Source of the DNA: an uncultured Spirochaetota bacterium
GTDB taxonomy: Bacteria > Spirochaetota > Spirochaetia > SZUA-6 > Fen-1364
Length of the DNA stretch: 64,000 nt
NCBI GenBank assembly: GCA_963820525.1
Contig: CAWGAA010000003.1
Location: 864,001-928,000, forward strand
Direction of reading: 5' to 3'
Shown in pieces: positions 39,487-50,519 of the stretch (its first letter is position 1; each line of letters starts with the position of its first letter). The notes beneath the pieces were generated by a model. The model did no database searches and had not been told where the DNA came from. It worked only from the letters and a program-made list of their open reading frames with translations. The translations under genes were made by a program, and so were the position numbers.

Positions 39487-40487
39487 ATGAAATTTCAAGA
39501 GTACCGAATGTATCTACAAGGATTGCACATTCCTGGTGATTCCATCGAGCAACAAATGATCGTCGTTGAAGATTTTACCAAGTTCTTCACGGACCTCGAT
39601 ATGAAAGAAACGACACATACCGCCAGGAAAGAGGAAGTTGCGCAATTTGCGCGGAAGCTCATTGCCGAAGGACGTAATACATCGGAGAATTTTTCAAGCC
39701 TGTGTAAGTATACTGACTGGCTTGGTCATCGCCAGTTGTATGTGGCATTGATTGAAGCAATGGATTGTCATAACGCGATGGAGGTGCTGGCTGATAAAAT
39801 AGAACAGAAGCATGGTCGTAAGATTCGTGGACAAATATTCCTTGAACCCTTACCTCCCCTAGGAGCTGATGAAAAAGAGCGAAGCGCCCATACTCGAACT
39901 ATTACGGAGAGAATGGCTCAACAGCTCACTCCCGAAGAGATGCGTACGGCATGGTTTCAGGTCCAGCACGGGATTCCTGCCGATGTTTGGCGCAACAGTG
40001 ATATGGCGGACAGGGAAAAGTATCGTCAATGCGCGAACGTTGATGAATTTCTGAGCCTCAAACGGCGGGAAAGGGATGCATTGCTCACCCGGCTGCGAGA
40101 TGAGGATAAACTCTGGTATACAGTTGAAATTAATGATGAGGTACTTGATTTCATTAAAAGTGATCCCGAGATGGAGGGAGGAAAACGAAAGGGGGACAAG
40201 ATCTATATTACCAAAGTTCCTTACAATGCCGTGCGCTATCTTCACGAAACCGATCCTAAAATGAAACGCTATTATGCCTGTCATTGTCCCTGGTGAGGGA
40301 AGCGATCCTTCAAGATCGGCCAATCTCTGCGGATGTCTGCGAATGTAGTCTGGGCCATGCCAGCCACTATTTAGCGGGACTGGCCTTGGAACTCAAAGGA
40401 GAGGTTGTCGAAAGTGCTCTCAAGGGAGACACGCGATGTCGCTTTGTTTTTTATCTGCCGGATACGCATGGCAATACAGGAGAGTAG
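39487..40487 (+). pseudogene. hypothetical Cys-rich protein (DUF6144-like), frameshift near 40291
   Basis: ..KRYYACHCPW continues in another frame as VREAI..ISADVCECSLGH..VVESALKGDTRCRFVF. Confidence 0.6.
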
Positions 40488-40612
40488 CGGCTCTTCGGCC
40501 ATATTTTTGCTTCGCAAAAATGTCATTTGTGCGCGGTCCTCCGTGCTCTTAGGATATTGACACGTACTATATAATTTTCGTAGACACAAAAAACAGCAGG
40601 TGGAGTCAAACA

Positions 40613-41155
40613 ATGGGAAAAGCGATAGAAGACTTACAAAATGAACACCAAGCAATTCTCTCTAGTTTGCAGATTCTTGACACTCTTCGGGGACGTCTGG
40701 AGAGAGGATTGGACGTAGAGAGAAGGGATATCCATGACTTCGCAGCCTTCTTGAAGGAATTCGCCGATAAATGCCACCACGGGAAGGAAGAGGGCATTCT
40801 TTTTCCTGCTCTGGTGAAAGCTGGCATCACAGAGAAGGGCGGTCCAATAGGGGTCATGTTGTCCGAGCATGCAAAAGGACGCGAATTAATAAAGGAAATG
40901 GAATCGGCAGTCTCGGGCAAAGAAGATCGCGAAAGGTTTATGCGGGCGGCAAAGGAGTATTCAAGTTTGCTCCACGCTCATATCGAAAAGGAGAACAGCG
41001 TTCTTTTCCCCTCGGCAGAAAGGGTTCTTGCTGCTCCTCAATTGGATCAAATATATGAAGCATTCGAACAGCACGAACAGAAAGTGATCGGCGCGGGCAG
41101 GCATGAAGAACTTCATAGCATGCTAAAGAGATTGAAACAGAAATATCTTGCATGA
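40613..41155 (+). CDS. hemerythrin domain protein
   Basis: EHQAI, CHHGKEE..LFP, MLSEH, HIEKEN.VLFP. Confidence 0.88.
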   Translation: MGKAIEDLQNEHQAILSSLQILDTLRGRLERGLDVERRDIHDFAAFLKEFADKCHHGKEEGILFPALVKAGITEKGGPIGVMLSEHAKGRELIKEMESAVSGKEDRERFMRAAKEYSSLLHAHIEKENSVLFPSAERVLAAPQLDQIYEAFEQHEQKVIGAGRHEELHSMLKRLKQKYLA

Positions 41156-41208
41156 CAGAGAAGTCGCAGGGACTTGCGTGCCGGCGTTCGAATGCATACG
41201 CTTGAGCC

Positions 41209-42165
41209 GTGGGTCATCTGCTTGTCGTCTACTTTTTCCTCTGCCTTGCCTCCGGATTGACGGCTCTGGGACTCATCTTCACGAGGCGGCGAAAAACCCA
41301 GGAGCAGTTTCCCAGGTACATGTTCCTGTTCTTTCTCTCCTTCACCCTGCTCGTCCTGTATGCTCTCATCTACGCATATATCCGTGGAAACCTTCCTCTG
41401 CCGCCCGCTCCGCTCGTGGCCGGACTGGCGTATGGAAGCCATGCGGTGACTGGCTTTTTCCTCTGTTTCCTGCTTCTTTTCACCAATCTTCTCAAGTTGA
41501 GGAAAAACGGCGGAAAGGAATGGTCGATCGCCATCACGGCTTCCCTCCTGTATGGCTTCTTCGCCCTGCTCGCCGCAGTCCCCGACCGGACATCCGCCGT
41601 CCTGTACCGTATCCGTCAGCCCTGGTACGCGGCCGCGATTGTCACGTTTGCGCTCAGTGTCGCGTTGACTTTCCTGCCGTTGAAGCCCACCATCACGGCA
41701 GATCCGCGCACTCGCGGCGCTGCTCGGCGAATCACAATCGTCAGCGTGATTTTTCTCCCCTTCATCATGGCCGATATCTTCTTGAATACCATTCTCCCGA
41801 TCCGTTTTTTTCCGCTTCTGTATTGCGCGTACGCCGCCCTGATAATCCGGGATCGGCTCCGTGAGATTGCCGAGGCCGGCGGCTCGCGGAGCGGGACCGC
41901 GGCGACCAGCCCCATTGTCGTTCCCGGCGATTGGTTCTTCACGAAATATCGAATATCTCCGAGGGAACGGGAGATCATGGAACTGGTGCTCCAGGGAATG
42001 AATAATCCCGCAATCGCGAAAAAGCTTTTTATTTCCGTCCCCACGGTCAAAACACACGTGCAGAGGATTTTTCAGAAGGCGGGGGTCGGGAACCGATTTG
42101 AGCTGATGCGGTTCATATCGGCTCAGGCGCCGGAACCCGATTCCCCGAATGCATCACCCCGCTGA
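41209..42165 (+). CDS. membrane-anchored LuxR-HTH regulator
   Basis: ~7 TM segments then ISPREREIMELVLQGMNN..IAKKLFISVPTVKTHV. Confidence 0.85.
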   Translation: MGHLLVVYFFLCLASGLTALGLIFTRRRKTQEQFPRYMFLFFLSFTLLVLYALIYAYIRGNLPLPPAPLVAGLAYGSHAVTGFFLCFLLLFTNLLKLRKNGGKEWSIAITASLLYGFFALLAAVPDRTSAVLYRIRQPWYAAAIVTFALSVALTFLPLKPTITADPRTRGAARRITIVSVIFLPFIMADIFLNTILPIRFFPLLYCAYAALIIRDRLREIAEAGGSRSGTAATSPIVVPGDWFFTKYRISPREREIMELVLQGMNNPAIAKKLFISVPTVKTHVQRIFQKAGVGNRFELMRFISAQAPEPDSPNASPR

Positions 42166-42193
42166 TTTCGCGCGCATGAAGGAACGGGATCGG

Positions 42194-43465
42194 CTACTCC
42201 ACCGTATTGCGGCTTTTCAGGTCCAGCTCCTTCCACTCCTCGGGAACCCGCGCAAGGATCGGCGCGGGACGTAATTTGAGGTAGCGGTCGAAGAACGCCA
42301 GCGTGTACGCCTTGATCATGGTTCCCGCCCGTGTCCCGTCGATAGGCCCGATGAGCCCCATCATCTTGAGAAACGGAATATAGGTCAGATCGCTGAAGTT
42401 GTAATGCCCGGCGCCTTTGATGGTGAGCTCATAGACGGGAGCCGAAGCGGAATCGAACCACGCTCCATTGATGCCCTCCATATTGATATCCTTTCTGCCG
42501 ACACGCGCATTCGTGCTTGACATGAAGAAAACCGGTGTCCGTAGCGTGATGTCCTTGTTCCGATCCCAGATGAACTGCGGAGCGTCATAGTTGAGCGCGG
42601 CCGCGATCCTTTCAGGCTCACAGGATGCGGTCTCCACCGCAGTCGCCCCTCCGAGCGAATGCCCGAAAATTCCCACCCGGCCCGTGTCTATGCAGCCCTT
42701 GAAAAGCTCCGTCCTGTTCAGCGTGGAAAGACGATCCAGGATCAGATGGATATCGCCGATCCGGGTTTCGACCTCGTCTCGATAGTCCGCATAGTGCTCG
42801 ATGTTGGAGAGCTCGAACAGAAGTTGTTTCTTCTCTTCCGGCGTCCGTGCCTGGCGGATCTTTTGCGCAATCGAATCGAACTTCCTTGCCAAGGTCTTGG
42901 CGTTCCTTTTCTGGGAATCGACGCTCGAAAGATATTGGGCTTCGTCCACCTCGACCACCGTTCCGTCCGGGAATTCGGACACCAGCGATTCGAAGGGGTG
43001 ATTGACGGCCATGACGATGTATCCGTGGCTGGCCAGATCCTGCATGAGATAGAAACTCTGGTTCTCGTATGAATATCCGCCATGGGTGAATATCAGGACA
43101 GGCCATACGGAACCCTCTTTGATCGGCGCGCCTTCGAATGAAAGTGTTGGCGTCTTGTCTTCCATCATCGCCCGCGGGAAGCCCATGTGTGTCTTCAGTG
43201 CCTGTGCCTGTCGCGGCGTCATGGCCAATACAGGATGAGTGTTCGCCGTTTCCGACGCCGGATACCAGACCCTTACCAGGATCCGCCTTTTGGAGTCCGG
43301 CGCGCCGAATCTCGGATCCACGCGGGTGTCGTCCCGCAACTCCAACAGTACGGTTCCGACTTTCTCAGGGCCGGTAGGATCCGGCATCGTGATCGCCGCA
43401 CATGAGGAGAGAAATGTAGCAGCCGCGGCCATGAGGGAAAGGATCGAAAGCTTCATATGTTTCAT
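42194..43465 (-). CDS. alpha/beta hydrolase lipoprotein (PAF-acetylhydrolase-like)
   Basis: Lipobox FLSSC, PTGP..VG, VRVWYP, FTHG, LASHGYIV, GHSLGG, H.NFSD. Confidence 0.85.
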   Translation of the reverse strand: MKHMKLSILSLMAAAATFLSSCAAITMPDPTGPEKVGTVLLELRDDTRVDPRFGAPDSKRRILVRVWYPASETANTHPVLAMTPRQAQALKTHMGFPRAMMEDKTPTLSFEGAPIKEGSVWPVLIFTHGGYSYENQSFYLMQDLASHGYIVMAVNHPFESLVSEFPDGTVVEVDEAQYLSSVDSQKRNAKTLARKFDSIAQKIRQARTPEEKKQLLFELSNIEHYADYRDEVETRIGDIHLILDRLSTLNRTELFKGCIDTGRVGIFGHSLGGATAVETASCEPERIAAALNYDAPQFIWDRNKDITLRTPVFFMSSTNARVGRKDINMEGINGAWFDSASAPVYELTIKGAGHYNFSDLTYIPFLKMMGLIGPIDGTRAGTMIKAYTLAFFDRYLKLRPAPILARVPEEWKELDLKSRNTVE

Positions 43466-44128
43466 TGCCTCCTATTCTTGAGAACTTTCCGGTTTCGACA
43501 AGAAGTAACCACGGCGCCGTACGGAGTGCCCATCATCCGACGGTATGATTTTGCCGATTCGCTGTCGTTCGAGGGTATGATATGGCGCTCGCCGGGCGGC
43601 GACAGCACTATTGACACTTTTTGGAGCCCGAATATAAACAACACTAAAGCGAAAACGCAAATGAAAAAGACAGCTTTCCTTCTTGTCTTGTTACAATACC
43701 CGTTTGCCAACAGCGCGTGTTTTCGCAATCCCCTGACGCCTCTCCATGGGAAATCAATGCGGTATCGGTCGGAACCGCACTGGTTCCGTTTCTCAGCGCC
43801 ACCCTCATGCAGGGGCTCCTTTTAGATCCTGTGAATCCAAATCCCACGATCGCCATTGGTGCTGATTCGTTGTACCTCATGCGCCTCGCCCCCCTCTTCT
43901 TCCAGGACGCGAACCGGGGCTGGTGGCCGTATTCGGTGACCATGCACGCAATGACCGATTTCCTCTCCAACCTGTTCCTGTGGGCTTTCAAGGCGGGAGT
44001 GCCGCGATCCGAGGTCGGGTCGAGGGCGCCATTCACCCTGCCGGCTTTCCCGTTCTCACAGGGAATGCGCCTGGGACCGTTATGATTTGAGGACCAAAAG
44101 CAAAGCAAATTGAATGGAGGAATAAGCA

Positions 44129-44794
44129 ATGGAAAGAAGCACGGAAGAGATTACCAACAAGGCAACAAGAAGAATAACATCAGTACTGGGAATTATTTTG
44201 GCAATTGCCGGATTCCATCATGGTATCTTCGAAGTATTGCAGGGCAACAAGCCTACAAATGGTCTCATCATCCAATCGATTGGTATAGAATTTCAGCGAT
44301 GGGCTAATGGAGAAGAAGCATTTACTATAATTCCTAACTTTTTAGCAACTGGTTTCTTGGCTATATGCGTTAGTTCATTCATAATAATTTGGGCAATTCT
44401 CTTTGTACAGAAGAAATATGGCCGAATTGTTTTTCTTCTATTCTTTATTCTTCTCACTTTGGTTGGCGGTGGCATAGCACATATCGTTTTCTTTTTGCCG
44501 ACCTGGGCATACGCAACTCGAATGAACAAATCATTATATTGGTGGAAAAGAATATTATCTCAAGGAATTCGAAAAGTATTATCAAAGATATGGTTGGCTT
44601 CCCTGATCGCTACGGTGGCGCTATTTATCATTGCTCTTGAAATCTCGGTTTTTGGAATTCCCGGTACGACAAACTATGATACCATCCTGATAACATGCTG
44701 GTCTCTTCTGCTTGCGTCCCTTGTTTCATTGAATCTCACTTTTGTTTCCGGATTCGCCTATGATGTTGAGAATAGACATAGTGAAGCCGATTAG
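44129..44794 (+). CDS. hypothetical membrane protein (AT-rich)
   Basis: HHGIFEVLQGN..EEAFTIIPNFL.TG..LVGGG; ~5 TM segments; RBS GGAGG. Confidence 0.7.
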   Translation: MERSTEEITNKATRRITSVLGIILAIAGFHHGIFEVLQGNKPTNGLIIQSIGIEFQRWANGEEAFTIIPNFLATGFLAICVSSFIIIWAILFVQKKYGRIVFLLFFILLTLVGGGIAHIVFFLPTWAYATRMNKSLYWWKRILSQGIRKVLSKIWLASLIATVALFIIALEISVFGIPGTTNYDTILITCWSLLLASLVSLNLTFVSGFAYDVENRHSEAD

Positions 44795-44839
44795 CAATGT
44801 TGGTTCGTGTGCTTCAGTGCCTTAGGGGCGGCCTCTGGC

Positions 44840-45604
44840 CTACACGAATCCCAGCGCCTCCCTGATGCTCATTTTTCTCACCATGCCCATGGGATACAGC
44901 GCCGCAAGAACGGGTATCAGGGTGCCGGCTGCGAAGCTTATAAGGAGCTGCCGGGGATCCGTGAGCGTATTGAGCTCCGCCGGAAAAGAGCTCCATACGC
45001 CTTTCATAATCTGGCCTATTGGGATGCCGTGGCGCTCGAAATAGGCGGAAGCTCCCCAGGCAACGAGCACGGCCAGGAGGCTCGCACACGCGCCCAAGAG
45101 CAGCGCCTCTATGGCGATGATCGTGGAAACGCCGCTGCCCGTGAAGGCGATGGCCCGCAGGGTGCCGAAATCCCGGATGCGGTCCTGGACGGAGAGAAGT
45201 ATGGAGTTCATAATGCCCACGACGGCAACGACGGCGAACAGAACATAGGAGATCACCATGAAGGCGTCCAGGAAGCCCATCATCGCGGATATGGTGCCCG
45301 ACGCGGCATCCCACCGCTCGGGAGAAAGCCCCAACCCGATTGCCTTGGCTTCCACCGCGCGCACCTGCCCCGCGGCCTTGCGCGGCTCGAGGGGTATACC
45401 ATCGCCTTCCACCGCGTAGGCCGCGATCTGGGCGGCCGCGTCCTCGGCTCCCGTCACGATCTGCATGCTTTCCAGATCGATGATGCAGGAGAACTCTTCC
45501 GAATATTCGTCCGCGGCGAAAACGCCTAGAAGCGGCAGCTCGATCATGTTGAAGCTCCCGAATGCGTCAGAGCAGAGGAAGATCACCGTGTTTCCCGGCA
45601 CCAC
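44840..45604 (-). pseudogene. C-terminal part of FtsX/LolE-like ABC permease
   Basis: GIMNSILLSVQDRIRDFGTLRAI..EALLLG..YP....KMSIREAL; N-terminus missing. Confidence 0.75.
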
Positions 45605-46676
45605 AGCTATGGCCGAGCCTGCTCACGATTTTTTCGCAAGAAAGATCCGACGACTCTATAGCGATCCCAACGAACTCGTCGCCGCCCATACGCGCAATAA
45701 CGTCAGAAGCGCGGAAGGAGAGCTTGAGGATTGTAGCCATATCCGTGATGGCCTGATCGCCCATTTCATGGCCCAGGTTGTCATTGATGGCTTTCATGTT
45801 GTCCATATCCATGTAGATCAGGATCAGTCGCTGTTTCAACCGGTCCGCGATCTTTACCTGTTGTGCGGCTAGGTTCAGGAAACCCCGGCGGTTGTTCAAC
45901 CCTGTCAGTTCATCGATCAACGAAAGCTCTCTGAGCTTGTCCTCGGCCAGCTTGCGCCTGGTGATGTCGCGGTCGATGCCGCGATATCCAATGAGCTCTC
46001 CGCGTGCGTCCCGGATGGGTTCACCCCGCGTTTCGAGCATTACCCGATGCCCGTCCTTTCGCAGGTTCACGTTTTCCAGGGACTGGATCGCCTCTTTTTT
46101 TGAGGACATGGCCGCGAACAATTCTCCGACGCGCTCGGCTTCATCGGTGGGCATGAACGAAAATGGAGTCCTGCCGATTACTTCCTCCACTGTATAGCCA
46201 AGAATGTCGAATACTCGGGGGCTTGCGTATGAATAGCGCCCCCGCGCGTCGGTTTCCCAAACCCAGTCATTGATATTCTCAACCAGATTCCGATACCTCT
46301 CCTCGCTTCCCCTGAGTCGTTGCCCCGATCTTCGAATCAGTGTTAACGCGCGTATCAAGACTACCGCCGCCAACGCCGACAGCGCCACGATTGCACCCCA
46401 GCCGTATTTCTCCACGGGTTCATAGGCAGAAAGACGTTCCTGTTTTTCAACGGTGTTGAAATTCTTTTCAACCCCGCCTTGCCCGGAGATGACCTTCACG
46501 ATGATGGGTAACACTGAAAAACAAACCAGAGAGGTTTTTGTATCGATCTTGGGGTGCAAGACAAGAGAGCCTCTCTGGTCCACGATGTAGATGAACGCAC
46601 CCTCTCCCAGATCGACATCCGCGAACCAGTCATGAAATCTATCGAGATCGAGCTGTATCTGCAGAATGCCGATCAC
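45567..46676 (-). pseudogene. Cache-PAS-GGDEF diguanylate cyclase, truncated at both ends
   Basis: WVWETD PAS, DELTGLNNRR, DMDNMKAINDNLGH, ARMGGDEF; the domain ends prematurely, running into the ABC permease remnant. Confidence 0.78.
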
Positions 46677-46957
46677 CCGCGAAGATAGACCTCAGTCACG
46701 AAAGGTTCCCAGATGCTTTTCATAACCCAGTACCAGCGCATATCCGCCCGGCTTTTACCCACAGCGCCGGGGGAAACGGGAAGGTCCGCGCGGATGATCG
46801 CCTCACGGTCGAAAAGCACCATGCGGTCGATTATCGGAAACTCCATGGAAAAATTCTCGAGGTTGTCAATCGCGGCATTCCAATGGCCGGCCTGGATCTC
46901 TTCGATAAACCGCGGACGGGTGTCGAGTGAAATCCCTAGGCTGAGAAAACCGTCCAA
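46673..46957 (-). pseudogene. Cache-domain fragment (upstream part of the GGDEF gene)
   Basis: DRMVLFD..GKSRADMRWY..EPFVTEVY. Confidence 0.5.
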
Positions 46958-47062
46958 ACGCTCTTTGACAATATGGGAGGCGAGAACGGACAGAGACCGT
47001 TTCTGAGACAGAGCGGTTTCCGGACCGCACGTGCGAACGCCGCGTGCTCCGCAGGCGTACGC

Positions 47063-47737
47063 TCATTGCAGGCTATTCCGCATCCCGTCCGAGTCGATGA
47101 GCGCGATCTCCCCCCGTCCGATCTCAATGAATCCACGCGCCTGCAGGTAGCCCAGGTGCTTGTTGACGGTCTCGCGGGTTACCCCTATCGCTTCGGCGAT
47201 CTCCTCCTGCGTGCGGCGCACCGTCGGCGGCGCCTGTGGGCTGTCGGGCGCCGCGCATTCAGACAGCAGATAGTGGACGAGGCGCGCAATCGGATGTGTG
47301 AGGCCGATCGCGCCGTGGAGTGTGTAGAGCCGGCGCGCGAGAGCGCGGAGGAAAAAGTCCTTCATGTCCGCGATGCGGAGAAGCCCACTGAACGCCGGCT
47401 GGGTGAAGGACAACAGGCAAATGGACTCCTCGGCAATCGCGTCGGTGAGGTAGGGGCTGTCCAGGAGGAGCTCCGCGACGCCCGCCCATTCTCCCCGGCC
47501 CAGCCTCCCGACGTCGATCGAGCTCTCGTCGGAACGGTACATGGTGGTCCGGATCGTCCCTGACAGAACGAGGAAGGCCACTTTCGCTCGGTCTCCCTGG
47601 TAGTACACCGCCTTCCCCCGCCGGAGGGTGAGGGGAACCCCCGATCTCACGATCGCGCGAAGGTCCCCTTCACCAAGCCGGCCGAACGGAGGGATATCCC
47701 GAAGACTTTTTCCGAGATCCGATACCATGCCTTCCAT
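47063..47737 (-). CDS. Crp/Fnr family transcriptional regulator
   Basis: cNMP domain (YYQGD..FLVLSG..GEWAG) and TQEEIAEAIGVTRETVNKHL HTH. Confidence 0.88.
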   Translation of the reverse strand: MEGMVSDLGKSLRDIPPFGRLGEGDLRAIVRSGVPLTLRRGKAVYYQGDRAKVAFLVLSGTIRTTMYRSDESSIDVGRLGRGEWAGVAELLLDSPYLTDAIAEESICLLSFTQPAFSGLLRIADMKDFFLRALARRLYTLHGAIGLTHPIARLVHYLLSECAAPDSPQAPPTVRRTQEEIAEAIGVTRETVNKHLGYLQARGFIEIGRGEIALIDSDGMRNSLQ

Positions 47738-47741
47738 GGCA

Positions 47742-48947
47742 TCACCCCAGAACGCCCATGAACGGCTCAAGGGTGAGGTACGGATAGATGACGACAAGTG
47801 AGATCTTCCCTTCCGCCCGGTCCTTCACCCATACGATGGCGATCATCTCATCCTGGTGGAGAGACGGGAAATTCGGCTCGCCGCGCGCCGGCGTATATGG
47901 CTTGAGGTTCAGATCCACGACGTTCTTCCATCCACCCCGCAGGCAGGAAAGGATCGTATCACGCCCCGATTGCGCGTCGAATACCGCCCGGAGGGCGCTC
48001 GCCTTCCTATAGAACAGGAACACGGGACTCCGATTGAACATCCCCATGTTCTCGTTCCACCACTTCTCGATGGATTGGCTGGCTTCCTTCGGCACCGGAT
48101 GCGCCGTCCCCTCTTCCTCCACCAGCATCTTTCCCATCGGCTTCGAGTACACTCTGGAGATTCCGCCGCTTTCTACGGGCGCCGGCCGCCATGCCACGTT
48201 TTCTGCAGCGAAACAGGCGAACTCCGCCTCCGGAAGCTGCGCAAGAGCCTCCCCATACGTGCACTGATCCACGCTGTCGACGAAAAAAGAATCCGGAAGC
48301 CTCACTGCCAGATTTCTCATGAAAGAGCCATGGATCTCCGCGATTTTCATGATGCAGTAAATAGAGAATTTGTCCGGCCTAAGGAAATCGTAGTCCTTGA
48401 CCTTGACTTCCGCAGCCCCCTTCTCCAAACGAAATCCGGACGCGCGCACATTCGACTCCCGGAACGCGGTCCCGTACGGTTCGGTGATCCGCATCCCCAT
48501 CTCCTCCCCCAGGCAGACCACCTTGCCGCGGGCCACTGGGATGCCCCCCACCAGGAGCTCCGCGTCCTCATCCGCGGAAAACAGCTTCCCGAGGCTGATA
48601 ATGCTCCTCGGCCCAACATCCTTGAGCTCGGCCGGGGACATCCGGATCGATCCCAGGCTAATGAGAGTCGGCAGAAGCTCGATCAGGTCGTCCTTGATTC
48701 CGGGCTCCTCGGGGGGCTGCTCGCGGTACGGCGCGGTTACGATCCTGGCGGCGAACACGCCCGCGATGTTCACGATGTCGCACCTGCCTATCCGCATGCC
48801 GTTGAAGAATAGCGTGGAAGGGTAGCCCGCCGTATGTGTGGTTCTCACCAAGTCACCCTTTCTTAGGGTGCTGGCCTCGAACGAGGAGATGTAGCCCTCG
48901 CCAATGCTCACGGTGAGCGTTCCCTTGGTTGTGAAAAAATCGTTCAT
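47742..48947 (-). CDS. FliM/FliN-related protein (SpoA domains N-terminal to a FliM-like domain)
   Basis: Two SpoA-like repeats (..ARGKVVCLGEEMGMRITE) followed by the FliM motif DYDFLRPDKFS..IHGSFMR. Confidence 0.65.
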   Translation of the reverse strand: MNDFFTTKGTLTVSIGEGYISSFEASTLRKGDLVRTTHTAGYPSTLFFNGMRIGRCDIVNIAGVFAARIVTAPYREQPPEEPGIKDDLIELLPTLISLGSIRMSPAELKDVGPRSIISLGKLFSADEDAELLVGGIPVARGKVVCLGEEMGMRITEPYGTAFRESNVRASGFRLEKGAAEVKVKDYDFLRPDKFSIYCIMKIAEIHGSFMRNLAVRLPDSFFVDSVDQCTYGEALAQLPEAEFACFAAENVAWRPAPVESGGISRVYSKPMGKMLVEEEGTAHPVPKEASQSIEKWWNENMGMFNRSPVFLFYRKASALRAVFDAQSGRDTILSCLRGGWKNVVDLNLKPYTPARGEPNFPSLHQDEMIAIVWVKDRAEGKISLVVIYPYLTLEPFMGVLG

Positions 48948-49094
48948 ATTTCGCCTCCTGCATTCAGTCTGTCCGTACCGTACAGCAGGGACGATCCATC
49001 CTCTATAAAAGGGCCGTGTGAAGCGCGATCACAGAGCGGCCTCACTGTGCGCGTGCCAACCCAACTGATAGCAAGTGCTGGCTTGCGCGCATCT

Positions 49095-50519
49095 TTAGTC
49101 GTCGTGAGGCAGGGAGCCTCGCGCAGCGCGCAGGTACGCGAAGGGCGTTTGCGCCAGGAAGTTGGACACCCGCGAGGTGTAGATGTCGGCGTAGCGCTCC
49201 ACCTGGCGCGCGAAAAGGCTCTTGTCGTTGCCCGCCCGCATGAGCGGGCCCCAGGTGGGGTTGCCCAGCTCTCCCGATGCCTTGGCGAGCGGCGAGATTT
49301 TCGCGTCCAGATCCTGGCTTTCCTCGTTGGCGTTTCGGATGGCCTCCTCCAGCTCCTCGGGCTTCGCCCCGAGCTTGGGACCGTACCCGTGCTGCACGCG
49401 CTGGCGGGCCAGGCGAAGCTGCGCGATCTTTGTGTCCAGCTCGGTCTTTCGGCTCATCAGATCGCGAAGCCGGGCATCGTTCTCGCGCGCTTTTTCCATC
49501 GCCATGATCTCGGGCTCGAGCTCGCGCAGGATGAGCCCCGTGCGCCAGCGCAGCATCTCCTTGCTCACGTGGACATCGCCGAAGAGGTGATCTCCGAGGT
49601 AGAGGATCTCGGCGCCCGAAAGGCCGAGGCTCGACTCCACGAGCTGGGCATCCCCACCGACGGTGACGCCGCCGGGCTCCAGCGGGCCGCGGTGCGGACG
49701 CAGGAGGCCCTGTTCCTCGTCGGTCACGCGGTAGGAGGCCTGGCGACCGGAGAAGAATCCCGGCTTGCGCGCTTCCACGATGATAAAATCGAAAAGCGCG
49801 CGCCACTTCATGGGGCCCGGCAGATAGCGGTCGAACGCGTAGCTCATCATGGACCGCGTGTACGCCCAGTCGGAGTTGGTGATCAGGAGCAGGCGCTTGC
49901 CCGCCGTCTTCTGGTCCTGAAGGGTGAGCGGGAGATCGGGGTCGAGCTCCACGAATCGATCCGGGTCCGCCATGATGAGCGGCTTGAGCTCGCTCAGGTT
50001 GTGCGCCTCGTCCAGCGCCATGCGGAGGATACGGTGCAGGTCGCGGTAGCCCAGGGTCTCGGGCAGCCGATCGGCATCCAGCATGTCCACGAGCTGCGCA
50101 AAGAGGTTCGCCTCGGACAGGGAGAACAGGGTGTTCATGAACTCCCAGCGGGGATCGTGGAGATCGACGAATGTGCGGGAGTACGCGGAGCGCTGCTCCT
50201 CGAAGGACAGCGGGCGGGTCCCGTGGTGGGCGCGGATGACGTATCCGAATCGCGTTGCCTTGACCAGGTTGCCCAGCTCCAGGTCGAAGACGAGCCCCTG
50301 GATGACGCCGGCCGGGTCGAAGGTGAGGCCGCCCACCGGCCACCCCCGCCGCTCGAGCGGCACCAGTGCGCGCTCGAAGGCGGCCCGCTCCCACACCTCG
50401 GCGCGGTAGTGCACCAGCGTGTAGTCCATATCAAAGCCCACGGCGCGGATGGCCCGCAGGTTGAGGGTACGGTTGCACCATACGCGACGCTCGGGCGGAA
50501 TGACCGTGGGAGCAAACAT
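49095..50519 (-). CDS. HAD-IG family 5'-nucleotidase (cN-II-like)
   Basis: GFDMDYTLVHY, LLITNS, ARKPGFF, YLGDHLFGDV, RYADIYTS. Confidence 0.9.
   Translation of the reverse strand: MFAPTVIPPERRVWCNRTLNLRAIRAVGFDMDYTLVHYRAEVWERAAFERALVPLERRGWPVGGLTFDPAGVIQGLVFDLELGNLVKATRFGYVIRAHHGTRPLSFEEQRSAYSRTFVDLHDPRWEFMNTLFSLSEANLFAQLVDMLDADRLPETLGYRDLHRILRMALDEAHNLSELKPLIMADPDRFVELDPDLPLTLQDQKTAGKRLLLITNSDWAYTRSMMSYAFDRYLPGPMKWRALFDFIIVEARKPGFFSGRQASYRVTDEEQGLLRPHRGPLEPGGVTVGGDAQLVESSLGLSGAEILYLGDHLFGDVHVSKEMLRWRTGLILRELEPEIMAMEKARENDARLRDLMSRKTELDTKIAQLRLARQRVQHGYGPKLGAKPEELEEAIRNANEESQDLDAKISPLAKASGELGNPTWGPLMRAGNDKSLFARQVERYADIYTSRVSNFLAQTPFAYLRAARGSLPHDD

Noticed and set aside
44079..44836. AT-rich membrane gene as a solo cassette (GTTATGA before; TGTGCTTC..GGGCGGC after)
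   Set aside because: No AAC core or paired arms; similarity too short
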